Positions 7,325-16,607 of a stretch of DNA of 33,042 bases are shown here, piece by piece; within the stretch, counting starts at the first letter, position 1, and the number at the start of each line of letters is the position of its first letter. The notes under the pieces were generated by a model. That model ran no database searches. It was not told the DNA's origin and worked only from the letters and a program-made list of their open reading frames with translations. The stretch is taken from contig JANOLC010000329.1 of the NCBI GenBank assembly GCA_031419575.1, positions 1-33,042 of the forward strand, in the 5' to 3' direction. This stretch comes from Burkholderiales bacterium. Lineage in GTDB: Bacteria; Pseudomonadota; Gammaproteobacteria; Burkholderiales; Burkholderiaceae_C. The translations under genes were made by a program, and so were the position numbers.

Positions 7325-8869
7325 TCAAGGCCGTGGAAACCGCGCCCGCCGCTCCAGATCATCCAGGTCAATGTGGTTGCGCATGTACTGCTGGCTGGCA
7401 TCCACCATAGGCTGATGGTCCCAGCTGGTGAGCTTGCCTTGGGTCAGCGCGCCGTCTACAAACCGGCGGCGGCGCTGGCTGGCCAGCACCTGGGCGTGCA
7501 AGGTGGGCATGTCCCAGCGTTTGGCAGTCTCAGCCAGGAAGTCGTTCAACAAGGCTTGGTGTTCGGGGGTAATTGACGTCGTGGTCGAGTTAGCCAGGTT
7601 GTTCAGTTCATCCGGGTCATTCGCCAGGTTGAACAGCAGGCACGGATCCTGGGTGGAGTAGATGAATTTGAAGTCGCCCCGGCGAATCATGATCAAGGGA
7701 GCATTGGTGCCTTCGGCGGTGTATTCGCCAATCACTTCATCGTGCCCGCCCGTGCCTTGCAGGTGAGGCAGGAGCGACCGGCCATCCAGCGGCAGTGAGG
7801 CGTCCAGGCTGCCCCCTGCCAGTGCCACAAAGGTGGGCAACAGGTCGATGGTGGAGACACTGGCCGCCACCTTCTGCGCGGCAAAACGGCCCGGTGCATG
7901 GATCACCAGGGGCACGCGCGCCGCCATCTCAAACCAGTGCATCTTGTACCAAAGGCCACGTTCACCCAGCATGTCGCCATGGTCGCCCGAGAACACAATA
8001 ATGGTGTCGTCCCCCAGGCCGCAGTCGTTCAGCGTTTTGACGAGTTTGCCAATGTTGGCATCGATGTAGCTGCACGCGCCAAAGTAGGCGCGACGCGCGC
8101 GTTTAATCGCCTCGGGCGGCATGGTCTGGCCCCACAGGTCAATCACTTTCAGGATACGTTGCGACTGCGGGTCTTGGCTGTCCTGCGCGATGAAATTGCG
8201 TGGCATGGGCACGTCATCGTCGTTGTACAAATTCCAGAACTCGGCCGGAATGGTGTATGGGTCGTGCGGGTGCGTCATGGACACCGTCAGGCAAAACGGC
8301 TGGTCCGGCGTGTTGCGCACATGGTCAAACAAATACTGGCTGGCCTTGAACACCACCTCGTCGTCAAAGTCGAGCTGGTTGGTGCGCACACACGGCCCGG
8401 CCTGCAAGACCGAGGACATGTTGTGGTACCAGCTGGCGCGCACGTCGGGTTCGTCCCAGTTCACGGCCCAGCCGTAGTCGGCCGGATAGATGTCACTGGT
8501 CAGGCGCTCTTCATACCCATGCAACTGGTCAGGGCCACAAAAATGCATCTTGCCCGACAGGGCGGTGCGGTAACCCAGGCGGCGCAGGTAGTGGGCGTAG
8601 GTGGGCACATCAGCCGCAAAATCGGCGGCGTTGTCATAGGCACCAATTTTGGACGGCAACTGGCCACTGACCAGGCTAAAGCGCGACGGCGCGCACAGCG
8701 GGCTGTTGCAGTAGGCCGAGTCAAACACCACACCACTGGCCGCCAGGGCGTTCAAATGCGGCATCTTGATGATTGATGCGGCATCGTGCAGGGGCAGCAG
8801 AGGTGCGGCCATCTGGTCGGCCATGATGAACAGGATGTTGGGTTGTTTGGCACGTGGGGCAGTGGTCAC
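7325..8869 (-). CDS. betC: Choline-sulfatase (Cys-type sulfatase)
   Basis: Start set at GTG 8869, preceded by AGGAG (8879-8875) with 5-nt spacing. The longer ORF-track N-terminus has no sulfatase similarity. Contains KQPNILFIMADQ and the formylglycine motif SPLCAPSR. At 514 aa, its length and C-terminal region fit choline-sulfatase. Confidence 0.85.
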   Translation of the reverse strand: MTTAPRAKQPNILFIMADQMAAPLLPLHDAASIIKMPHLNALAASGVVFDSAYCNSPLCAPSRFSLVSGQLPSKIGAYDNAADFAADVPTYAHYLRRLGYRTALSGKMHFCGPDQLHGYEERLTSDIYPADYGWAVNWDEPDVRASWYHNMSSVLQAGPCVRTNQLDFDDEVVFKASQYLFDHVRNTPDQPFCLTVSMTHPHDPYTIPAEFWNLYNDDDVPMPRNFIAQDSQDPQSQRILKVIDLWGQTMPPEAIKRARRAYFGACSYIDANIGKLVKTLNDCGLGDDTIIVFSGDHGDMLGERGLWYKMHWFEMAARVPLVIHAPGRFAAQKVAASVSTIDLLPTFVALAGGSLDASLPLDGRSLLPHLQGTGGHDEVIGEYTAEGTNAPLIMIRRGDFKFIYSTQDPCLLFNLANDPDELNNLANSTTTSITPEHQALLNDFLAETAKRWDMPTLHAQVLASQRRRRFVDGALTQGKLTSWDHQPMVDASQQYMRNHIDLDDLERRARFPRP

Positions 8870-8959
8870 GAAAGCTCCTGTTTTGAGGGAATGGCAACGA
8901 TTCAGTCGCTTCACTTTACACTTCGCTCCGCGTTTAACTTTCAATATGACGACCTCTCC

Positions 8960-9985
8960 ATGACAACCTACGACCTCTACGCCATTGGCAACGCTTTGGT
9001 GGACTCTGAATACGAAGTAACGGACGCCCAGCTGCAAGCCATGGCCGTTGAAAAACGCCACATGACCTTGATTGATGCCGCCCGTCGGAGTGACTTGTTG
9101 GCGCATGTCAAAGACATCCATTCGCGCCGCAGTGGCGGTGGCTCAGCGGGCAACACCGTGGTGGCCCTGGCACAACTGGGTGGCAAAGCGTTTTATGCCT
9201 GCCGCGTGGCCAATGACGAGCTGGGTGCGTTTTACGCCAAAGACTTGCGCGCCAATGGCGTGGGCAGTAATCTGCAGGATGCCCCTTTGGCCGACCCCTC
9301 TTCAGTGGCCACCGGTGAATGCATGGTGATGGTCACGCCCGACACCGAGCGCAGCATGAGCACGTTTTTGGGAGCCACCGCCGAGCTGGACTACCACGCA
9401 CTGCGCGCCGATGTGATTCGCCAGGCGAAGGTCTATTACATGGAAGGCTACCTGGCGGCTCAGCCCAATGCACTTGATGCCGCGCTTAAAGGCCGTGCCA
9501 TCGCACGAGAGGCGGGCGTCAAGCTGGCTTCGACCTTAAGCGACATGAGCATGATTAACTTCTGTCGCCCTGGCCTGGAGGCTATTTTGGGCGATGGTTT
9601 GGATTATTTGTTTTGCAACGAAGAAGAAGCCCAGACCTGGTGTGGCACCCAGGACATGGACGCCATCTACAAACAGGTGAGCCAATTGGCGACCGTGGTG
9701 TGCCTGACGCGCAGCGCCAAAGGCTGCGTTGTGCTGGAAGGCGGGCAACAAACGGCGGTGCCCGCAGCGCAGGTCAAAGCCGTGGATACCAACGGTGCGG
9801 GCGACATGTTTGCTGGGGCGTTCTTATACGCAGTCACTCAAGGCCACAGCCACGCTGATGCGGCGTGGTTGGCCAATCAGTCTGCCGGGCAGGTGGTGAG
9901 CCAATATGGCAACCGGTTGACGCTGGACGCGATGCGGCAGATCAAGCTGCGGTTTGAGCAGTACATCAAGCCTCACTCCGCTTGA
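8960..9985 (+). CDS. PfkB-family kinase, adenosine-kinase-like
   Basis: Start set at ATG 8960 (MTTYDLYAIGNALVDSEYEV). The PfkB signature DTNGAGDMFAGAFLY lies near the C-terminus. 341 aa. Divergent from betC. Confidence 0.8.
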   Translation: MTTYDLYAIGNALVDSEYEVTDAQLQAMAVEKRHMTLIDAARRSDLLAHVKDIHSRRSGGGSAGNTVVALAQLGGKAFYACRVANDELGAFYAKDLRANGVGSNLQDAPLADPSSVATGECMVMVTPDTERSMSTFLGATAELDYHALRADVIRQAKVYYMEGYLAAQPNALDAALKGRAIAREAGVKLASTLSDMSMINFCRPGLEAILGDGLDYLFCNEEEAQTWCGTQDMDAIYKQVSQLATVVCLTRSAKGCVVLEGGQQTAVPAAQVKAVDTNGAGDMFAGAFLYAVTQGHSHADAAWLANQSAGQVVSQYGNRLTLDAMRQIKLRFEQYIKPHSA

Positions 9986-10561
9986 AACTGGCTGGCATTT
10001 TTGCCCTTGAACGGCGCGTAAAACGCCTTAATTCGAATCATGTCGGCATCAATGTCCCCGCTGGGGTGAAACACCGGCCCCAGCCCGCTGATCTTTTTCT
10101 CAAAGTCCATATAGGCCATCACGATGGGAACCTGCGCCCCCACGGCGATGTAATAAAAGCCGGTTTTCCAGAAGCGGGTGTTGCTGCGGGTGCCTTCGGG
10201 AGGCACGACCAGTTGTAGCGGGCCGTCGGCTTGTTGAATGGCTTCGATGGAGGCGGCGACCAGGTTGCTGGACTTCGCGGGTCACGGGGATGCCGCCCAG
10301 CCACATCATGAGGCCGCGAAATGGGGGCTTGAAAATTTGCTCTTTGCCCATCCAGTAAATGTGCAGGCGCAGGCTGAAGGCCACCATCAGCGTGTAGGGC
10401 AAGTCCCAGTTGCTGGTGTGGGGCGCAGCAATGAACACGCTCTTGTCGCAGTTGGGGGGCAGGCTTCCCAGCACCTTCCAGCCGGTGAGTTTGAGGAGGC
10501 TGACGGAGAGCACGCGCAATACGGTGTTGACGATGGGGGTGTCGAAAATAGTGCGGTGCAT
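9973..10561 (-). pseudogene. PlsC-family 1-acyl-sn-glycerol-3-phosphate acyltransferase-like gene interrupted by a 1-nt frameshift
   Basis: The N-terminal ORF (10561 to about 10277) has the HX4D motif (AAPHTSNWD) and ends in GGIPVTR. Reading resumes one base out of frame at 10275 as KSSNLVAASIEAIQQADGPLQLVVPPEGTRSNTRFWKTGFYYIA, which includes the PEGTR block. Joining the halves gives about 195 aa. The shift is at about 10276. Confidence 0.75.
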
Positions 10562-10695
10562 GGCGTGTGGAAACGGTGCCGCTGAAGGCGAAGGTGGGAG
10601 GGGGGCAGTGGGTCGCAGGTTAGACTTGATTTGCCATCTGCTCAGTCTGAAGGGCCGCCTGATGCCGCGCTGGTTGTGGAATTGTCGTCTTAAAA

Positions 10696-11145
10696 ATGAG
10701 GATTTTAAATCTCGATATGGTGATGAACGTCAATGAGTTGTTGGGCCAGGAATGGGTCACGCTGCAAAACAATTTCGAACAATATGAACGCAGCGCCCTG
10801 GCCCTCAAGGGATGCAGCTTGGTGATTTGTTTTGCGGGATTGCTCATGGCACTGGATGCCAATTTGATGGCTGCTGTGATGCTGGTGTGCTGGTTGCAAG
10901 AAGGTATTTTCCGAACCTTTCAGTCGCGGCTGGGGCATCGAATTTTGAAGATCGAGTCGCTGATTGCGCAGGGCGCGTTGTCGTCATCAGCCCCCTTGCC
11001 ATTTCAGCTTCATTCCGAATGGCTGGCTACGCGCCGAAGTGGTGTGGCTTTGTTGCAAGAGTACGCCGCCAGCGCCTGTAGGCCTACGGTGGCTTACCCG
11101 CATGGTTTGTTTTTTGTGGGCTTTTTGATTCTGGGGCTGTGGTGA
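10696..11145 (+). CDS. Small hypothetical membrane protein (KdoH1-like by context only)
   Basis: 149-aa ORF with hydrophobic segments (CSLVICFAGLLMAL, LMAAVMLVCWL and C-terminal GLFFVGFLILGLW). Its stop overlaps the GTG start of the downstream BNR gene. The start is uncertain (10696, 10717 or 10723). I recognise no family. Confidence 0.5.
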   Translation: MRILNLDMVMNVNELLGQEWVTLQNNFEQYERSALALKGCSLVICFAGLLMALDANLMAAVMLVCWLQEGIFRTFQSRLGHRILKIESLIAQGALSSSAPLPFQLHSEWLATRRSGVALLQEYAASACRPTVAYPHGLFFVGFLILGLW

Positions 11146-12314
11146 CCACTCGGGCGACGAATGCGCTGCAGCGCGCTGGCTTGGGGCTGCTGGCCTGCTT
11201 GCTGCTGCTGGGCGTGGATTTTGCGCAGCGCGATGTCGTGCCCGCTGCTGCACGCGCAGCGCAGTTTCAATTGCCTGCGACCACACCCGTCAATTTGGTG
11301 CTCAAAGCCCACGGCCTCTTGCCCATGCCTGCCAACACGCCCGCTGCCCACGCCAGCAACTTGCTGGCCATGCCTGTCACATATCCCGCATCGGTCATGG
11401 CATTCTGGTTCGCCGGAAGCCGCGAAAGCGCACCGGATGTGCAAATCGCGCACTCCCGGTTTGACCGCGCCACTAAAACCTGGACACCCGCGCGTTTTGT
11501 CGTCAACCGCCATGCGGTGGGCGATCAACTGGGCTTTGGCCTGCGCCGCTTGGGCAACCCGGTGGCGTGGTTGGACGCGCGTGGCAAGATTCATTTGTTT
11601 GTGGTGGCCACCGGCTTGGGCGGTTGGGCGGCTGGGCGCATCGTGCATCTGGTTCAGAAAGACTCAGCCAGCGGTGCCGATCCGCTGTCACCACTGTCAT
11701 TTATGCCCGTGCGGGTGTTGCCGCTGTCCTGGTTGTGGAACACCAGTTTTCTGGCCCGCGCAACCCCTATGTCGCTGGCTGACGGTGGCATGGTGTTGCC
11801 GGTTTATTTTGAGCTGGGGCGCAAATACCCCGTGGCTCTGCGGTTTGATGCGCAGGGTGAATTCAAAGGCATGACGCGAATCTCATCACGTTCCAACTTG
11901 CTGCAACCCACTTTGGTCCCGATGGGCGAATCCAATTGGCTGGCACTGATGCGGGACAACCGCCTGGCTGGCAATGTGGCGGTGGCGCAGACGTTAGACG
12001 GTGGGCAAACCTGGCATGACTTGCCCAAACTGGCGCTGATCAACCCCGATGCGTCCATTGTTGGGCTGACCCTGAGCCCGCAGCAGCACGTGCTGGCACA
12101 CAACTCATCACCGGGCAGCCGAAGGGTGTTGGACTTGAGCCAATCGGCCAACGGACGGGACTGGACGCTGTTGCACACCCTGGCACAAGGGGGCGACATT
12201 GCCGAGTTCTCTTACCCCGCGATGGCATGGGCAGAGGGCAATTTGTGGGTAAGCTACACCGACCACCGCCACGTGATTGCCTGGCAGCGGTTTGCGGATG
12301 GGGGAGCGCCGTGA
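11139..12314 (+). CDS. BNR/Asp-box sialidase-like beta-propeller protein with an N-terminal membrane anchor
   Basis: 391 aa. N-terminal hydrophobic stretch GLGLLACLLLLGV. Asp-box-like motifs TLDGGQTW, SANGRDWT and FDRATKTWT. Segment WFAGSRESAPDV. The GTG start overlaps the upstream stop, suggesting translational coupling. Confidence 0.7.
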   Translation: MVTTRATNALQRAGLGLLACLLLLGVDFAQRDVVPAAARAAQFQLPATTPVNLVLKAHGLLPMPANTPAAHASNLLAMPVTYPASVMAFWFAGSRESAPDVQIAHSRFDRATKTWTPARFVVNRHAVGDQLGFGLRRLGNPVAWLDARGKIHLFVVATGLGGWAAGRIVHLVQKDSASGADPLSPLSFMPVRVLPLSWLWNTSFLARATPMSLADGGMVLPVYFELGRKYPVALRFDAQGEFKGMTRISSRSNLLQPTLVPMGESNWLALMRDNRLAGNVAVAQTLDGGQTWHDLPKLALINPDASIVGLTLSPQQHVLAHNSSPGSRRVLDLSQSANGRDWTLLHTLAQGGDIAEFSYPAMAWAEGNLWVSYTDHRHVIAWQRFADGGAP

Positions 12315-12330
12315 GGACTATTTTTCATCC

Positions 12331-12996
12331 ATGAACGGGGCTGAACTTTTGCTGGCGTTGACGACCACCACCACGCCCGCTTTGCCGGGGGGTGGGTTGT
12401 TGGGTCTGGCTTTGCCTGTGATGTGGGCCCTTGTGCTGACGGGCTGTGTGTGTGCGCTGGGCCCCCGGTTACCGTACCGCTGTCGGCTGGGGCTGACGGT
12501 GCTGGTGGCAGCGTGGGCGTTGATCCCGGGGTCGCACTCCATCACCTATTGGCTGGGTCTGGCGTTTCAGATGCCAAGCCTGATGACAGGGCTGATTTGT
12601 GCCGGATGGCTGGTCGCGGGGCTGACCCGATGGAGACCATTTAAAGCATCCCGGCTGGGACTGGACCGAGTCGGGCTTATTGGCATCGCTCTGGGTTGGC
12701 TGTTAATGCTGGACACGCTGGCTCTCATGCCATGGTCAATCTACTCGCTGGGCTTTGGCATGGCGGCGCTGGCGCTGGTGTCAGCCTTCGTCGTGCTGCT
12801 TTGGGTCTTGACGGGCGGCAATGCCCATTGGATTCATTGGAACCATGGTTTGGCGTTGACTGTTGCTGTGCTGGCCTTGTTCGTGGTGACCCGCCTGCCT
12901 ACAGGCAATCTGTGGGATGCATTGATTGACCCCTGGCTGTGGGTGTTTTTGCAGGTGGTCTGGCTGCGCCGGCTTTGGCGTCAACGCCGGGCTTGA
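12331..12996 (+). CDS. Hypothetical polytopic inner-membrane protein
   Basis: Start set at ATG 12331, 17 nt after the BNR gene stop. About 221 aa, very hydrophobic, with about 6 predicted transmembrane helices by eye and a basic C-terminus (RRLWRQRRA). No recognisable family. Confidence 0.6.
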   Translation: MNGAELLLALTTTTTPALPGGGLLGLALPVMWALVLTGCVCALGPRLPYRCRLGLTVLVAAWALIPGSHSITYWLGLAFQMPSLMTGLICAGWLVAGLTRWRPFKASRLGLDRVGLIGIALGWLLMLDTLALMPWSIYSLGFGMAALALVSAFVVLLWVLTGGNAHWIHWNHGLALTVAVLALFVVTRLPTGNLWDALIDPWLWVFLQVVWLRRLWRQRRA

Positions 12997-13002
12997 TAAA
13001 AC

Positions 13003-14853
13003 TCAGCGCTTTACCAACAACCACTCACGTGTGAACAGCCAGGTGTGCGCATACCAAAGGTTGGCCCGCGTGACGTCCCCACTTTTGTGGCGCTCTTTCA
13101 CCACCCAGCGTGTGGCAACCACCTCGCAATCAGGCAGGCACGCCGGGGAAGTTTCAGTGGAGGCTGAAGGGCCCCACACTACCGCGTCATGCGTTTCCAA
13201 AAGCTGGGTGAGCTTTGGCGCAGAGTCGTTGCTGTCCGTTATGACAGCCATGTCAAAGGGCTCGAAGTGATTGCCGGGCAACAAAAACTGAAACCGCTCG
13301 TATTGCCCCCGAAAGTTGCTGGGTACTGCGATGCGGGCGTTGTTGAAGCGGGCTGCGACATCTGCGCTAAAACGACCAGACGGGCCGTCCAGCGGGGCCA
13401 CCGTCAGGTTGAAGCAGGCATAGAAACCCAGGCAGGCCGCCACCACGCCAACCCCTGTGAATCGGGTTTTGAGAAGCCCCGCCAGCGTGGCCAGTGCCCC
13501 CACGATCGCAAAAGCCATCACCCAGCCCAGCTCTAAACCCGAGGCAATCCCCAAATCATGTGCGACCCACGCAATGCGTCCCAAGGTCAGCGTGGCGATA
13601 CCCGTCAAAACATAGGAGGTCAAAAACCAGCCGCGCGGGATTCGCTCCCACACCAGTGCCATCACGATGGCCAGTGCGGGCATGGCGGGAATCACGTAGC
13701 GGGCCGAGCGCTGGCTGGGAATGCTGAACACCACCAGCCACACGGCCAGCCAGGCCAACAAAATCCAGAGGTGTGCGGGGATGGGATTTTTTATTGTGTG
13801 GATTTTTGAGAGGGAGGGTGTCTTCAGACTTCTCAGCCCCACCCAGGTCAGGCCAGGCACCAAAAAAGCCAGCAAACCCGCATTCTGCATGTAGGCCAGG
13901 GCCTGCGCCCACAGGCTGGCATCTCCCCCGTAAAGTGCCTCGTGCCAATAGCCCTTTTTGTCGGACATCTTGCCTGCGTTTTCACCAATGACGAACTCCT
14001 GCCACACGGCAACCGGGTCAGGGTCCAGCACAAACCACAGCCCAAAAATACCCAGGGCCAGCACCGCGCTGACAAACACACCGCCTGATACCTGAACTGC
14101 GCGCCGCCACGTCAACGCGGGCTCACTCAACAGCAGTGCACACCAGAACGCTGCGGCGGCGGGCGCGATCAGCGCGAACGATTTGTAGGCGGAGCCCAGC
14201 CCCCACGCGACCCCAAGCCCCAAAACAGATGCTACTGAAATAATAGCAATGTATTGATTATTGACGGGGACTTGAAGCACATTTGATACCAGAAATTGGG
14301 TAGAAACCTGTTTGGACGGCTGGTTTGAGCGGTTCTGGGCCAGTCGCACCCATAGCAACCCAAACAGCGGCAAGTCCAGCCAGAAGGTCTCTGGCGCGCT
14401 GGTCAGATAAGGGCGTCCGTAGCGAAAGGTGCAAAAAAAGCTCAAATAGACGCAGGCGGCAATCAGGGCGCTGCGCTGGCTGCGGGTGATGGCATGGGTG
14501 GTGTAGCCAACCGCAGCGGTGATCAGCCCGGTGTAAATCAGGCTTGGCAAGCGCAAGGCAAACAACGTCCAATGGTCGCCCCAGTTGCCCGCGACCATCG
14601 CCTGCCAGAACAACAACGGCGGCTTGGTGTTGCGCATGGCTTCGAACTCAGACGCCAGCGGCAGCCAGTGCCCCGTGGCAGCGGTGACGCGGGCGATGTG
14701 GGCATACACCAGCTCGTCGCCATTGGTGGGGATGTACTGGCCGCTGATCCCGAAAACGTAGACGGCGATGGCCAGTGCCAGCAAGACCCACCACAGCGCG
14801 ACCGGCGCGTCGCGTGCGGTGTGATGGGCACCACTGCGGCCGGGCGCTGTCAT
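13003..14853 (-). CDS. Glycosyltransferase family 39 (ArnT/PMT-like, lipid-linked sugar donor)
   Basis: 616-aa polytopic protein. The N-terminal GDELVYAHIA...GHWLPL motif is typical of ArnT/PMT-type transferases. It follows a GtrA-family gene. It contains repeat copy D in frame. Confidence 0.8.
   Translation of the reverse strand: MTAPGRSGAHHTARDAPVALWWVLLALAIAVYVFGISGQYIPTNGDELVYAHIARVTAATGHWLPLASEFEAMRNTKPPLLFWQAMVAGNWGDHWTLFALRLPSLIYTGLITAAVGYTTHAITRSQRSALIAACVYLSFFCTFRYGRPYLTSAPETFWLDLPLFGLLWVRLAQNRSNQPSKQVSTQFLVSNVLQVPVNNQYIAIISVASVLGLGVAWGLGSAYKSFALIAPAAAAFWCALLLSEPALTWRRAVQVSGGVFVSAVLALGIFGLWFVLDPDPVAVWQEFVIGENAGKMSDKKGYWHEALYGGDASLWAQALAYMQNAGLLAFLVPGLTWVGLRSLKTPSLSKIHTIKNPIPAHLWILLAWLAVWLVVFSIPSQRSARYVIPAMPALAIVMALVWERIPRGWFLTSYVLTGIATLTLGRIAWVAHDLGIASGLELGWVMAFAIVGALATLAGLLKTRFTGVGVVAACLGFYACFNLTVAPLDGPSGRFSADVAARFNNARIAVPSNFRGQYERFQFLLPGNHFEPFDMAVITDSNDSAPKLTQLLETHDAVVWGPSASTETSPACLPDCEVVATRWVVKERHKSGDVTRANLWYAHTWLFTREWLLVKR
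14229..14273 (+). repeat. Repeat copy D (core), inside the GT39 gene
   Basis: ATGCT-ACTGAAATAAT-AGCAA-TGTATTGATTATTG-ACGGGGACTT. The AT-rich flank extends to about 14312. The minus-strand gene reads through it as LQVPVNNQYIAIISVAS. Confidence 0.85.
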
Positions 14854-14871
14854 GCCGATTTCATGCCGACA

Positions 14872-15372
14872 TCACGGCTTGGGCCGAACCTTGAAGGTCC
14901 AGCGGTCGTTGGCCAAAAAATTGATGACGCTGGCCGCAATGATGGAAATCACGTTGGCCAGCCAGTCCACCATGTAGTGGGAGAGCCAAATCGTCACTAC
15001 AAACTGGAAAGCCATGCCAAACCAGGAAGCCGCGCAATAGCGGCCAAACTGGATCGTCAGGCGTTCAGGCAGCGGTGCTTGAGGGGCGCCCAGATCCACC
15101 GCCAATGCGTCTTGACGATCGGCCCAAGTCCACAAACGGTTCCAGGTGAAGTTGCTTAACGTGGCGACAAAGATGGCCAGTACCAGCGATGCAGCCAACT
15201 GAACTTTGGGTGACGCCATCCCGCTGAAGATGTAGTTTTGGGCAATTTTCAAGACGGCGATATTCACCACCGTGCCGCTGGCCCCCACGATTCCAAATTT
15301 GATGTAGCGGAATTGATTGAGCCAGGCCAGCAGATTCAGGACCTGTTGCTGCAAAGTGACGGACGAATTCAT
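14872..15372 (-). CDS. GtrA-family membrane protein
   Basis: 166 aa with four hydrophobic segments. FIKFGIVGASGTVVNIAVL and the C-terminal NFLANDRWTF are typical of GtrA-like proteins. Its ATG overlaps the GT9 stop (ATGA). Confidence 0.8.
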   Translation of the reverse strand: MNSSVTLQQQVLNLLAWLNQFRYIKFGIVGASGTVVNIAVLKIAQNYIFSGMASPKVQLAASLVLAIFVATLSNFTWNRLWTWADRQDALAVDLGAPQAPLPERLTIQFGRYCAASWFGMAFQFVVTIWLSHYMVDWLANVISIIAASVINFLANDRWTFKVRPKP

Positions 15373-16586
15373 ACTGCCAGCGCTTTCAGGGCATCGGCCA
15401 GCACCGGGTCAGGCGCAATGCGCTTGAGGCACTGGTTGTCGCCGTCACAAAACGTTCTGCGGTGGTTGTAGGCGCTCAGGCAGGGCGAGCAGGCAATACC
15501 GGACTCATAGGTACTGGCACGTGGCCCCAGCGGGCCATACAGGCGCGCAGTTTCCGGCCCAAAAAAAGCAAAGGTGCGGATCGGTGTGAGGCTGGCGAAG
15601 TGGCCGGGGCCACCGTCGTTGGTAATGAGCAGCTGCGCGGCATGAAACAGCATCAGCAACTCGCGAATGCTGCGCGTGTAGCCGGTCAAATCGGCGCACC
15701 AGGGGCTGGCAATTTGGGTTGTCAGCTCTTTCGCCAGGCTGGCGTCCTCGCTCAGACCAATCAGACCGACGGCGTGACCGGCATCGCACAGGCCGCGTGC
15801 CACCCGGGCATAGTGTTCCATGGGCCAGGCGCGCTCGGGGAGCAGGCCTCCGCCGGCGTAGAGCAGGACAATTTTGCGGTCGGTCAGGTTGGGGTGGTCG
15901 GCCAGCAGCTTGTGTTGATAAGTTGCCAGCTCAGCGGCCGTGAAGTCCACGTTCAGTTCGGTTCGGGTGGGCTGCGGGCGAATGGCAGCCGCCTTGTTGC
16001 GCGGCACGCTGGTGTCCTCCAGCGCATCAACCAGCGACAAAAACTGCTGGGTGATGTGCTGATACGGGTTATACGGAATAGCGTGGTTGATGTAGCCACC
16101 CCGGTACAGACCTTCCTGCGTGTGCGGCGTGAAGCCCACCCGAATCGGCGCACCTACCAGGTACGCCATCAGGCTGCTGATGCGCGAGAACAGCTCGCAG
16201 TCGATGACCGCATCGAGCTTGAGCCCGCGCATGGTGCGCACAACGCGCCAGATATCCTGAATCAGCTCAATGCCCGAGCGGTCATTGAGCGAATGAAAAT
16301 TGTCAGGGTGCGCCAACTGCAACAGTTTGGCCACCTCCTGGTTACGCTTGAGCTGCAGCACGTGCAGCGTGGCGGTCGGGTAGCGCTGGCGCAACGCCGC
16401 AAACATCGGGCCCGCCAGCACCATGCTGCCCATTTCGGACAACAGAATCACAAGAATGTTTTTGGGTTCAGCTGGCAGTGCCGAAGCGGGCTTGAGTCCA
16501 CCCAACAACCGCGCCCAAATTGACACAACACCACACAGAAGCTGGCCTATCCAGCGGTCGATCCAGCGTTGTGTGTTGACATTCAT
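15369..16586 (-). CDS. Glycosyltransferase family 9 (heptosyltransferase-like)
   Basis: 405 aa. ILVILLSEMG, LLITNDGGPGHFA and GPRASTYESGIACSPC fit ADP-heptose:LPS heptosyltransferase-type enzymes. It begins 21 nt after the metK stop. Confidence 0.8.
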   Translation of the reverse strand: MNVNTQRWIDRWIGQLLCGVVSIWARLLGGLKPASALPAEPKNILVILLSEMGSMVLAGPMFAALRQRYPTATLHVLQLKRNQEVAKLLQLAHPDNFHSLNDRSGIELIQDIWRVVRTMRGLKLDAVIDCELFSRISSLMAYLVGAPIRVGFTPHTQEGLYRGGYINHAIPYNPYQHITQQFLSLVDALEDTSVPRNKAAAIRPQPTRTELNVDFTAAELATYQHKLLADHPNLTDRKIVLLYAGGGLLPERAWPMEHYARVARGLCDAGHAVGLIGLSEDASLAKELTTQIASPWCADLTGYTRSIRELLMLFHAAQLLITNDGGPGHFASLTPIRTFAFFGPETARLYGPLGPRASTYESGIACSPCLSAYNHRRTFCDGDNQCLKRIAPDPVLADALKALAV

Positions 16587-16607
16587 CCGTTGAGTTTGCC
16601 GGCAGCT

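Noticed and set aside
7898-8776. 292-aa ORF antisense to betC
   Set aside because: Shadow ORF opposite a gene with clear sulfatase motifs. No recognisable domains.
8870-9121. 84-codon N-terminal extension of betC, and the 58-codon extension of the kinase gene (8786-8959)
   Set aside because: The two extensions overlap each other on opposite strands and lack family similarity. Internal starts with a good Shine-Dalgarno sequence or a typical N-terminus were preferred.
10265-10290. TTGCT, GGACTT and ACGGGGA words clustered exactly at the acyltransferase frameshift, considered as a possible excision footprint of the repeat family
   Set aside because: The words are in the wrong order and spacing for the element. 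They also encode the conserved native residues (GIPV..., KSSN...). This is most likely coincidence. A genome-wide repeat model would test it.
15462-16523. 353-aa ORF antisense to the GT9 gene
   Set aside because: Shadow ORF in GC-rich DNA. The opposite strand has clear GT9 motifs.
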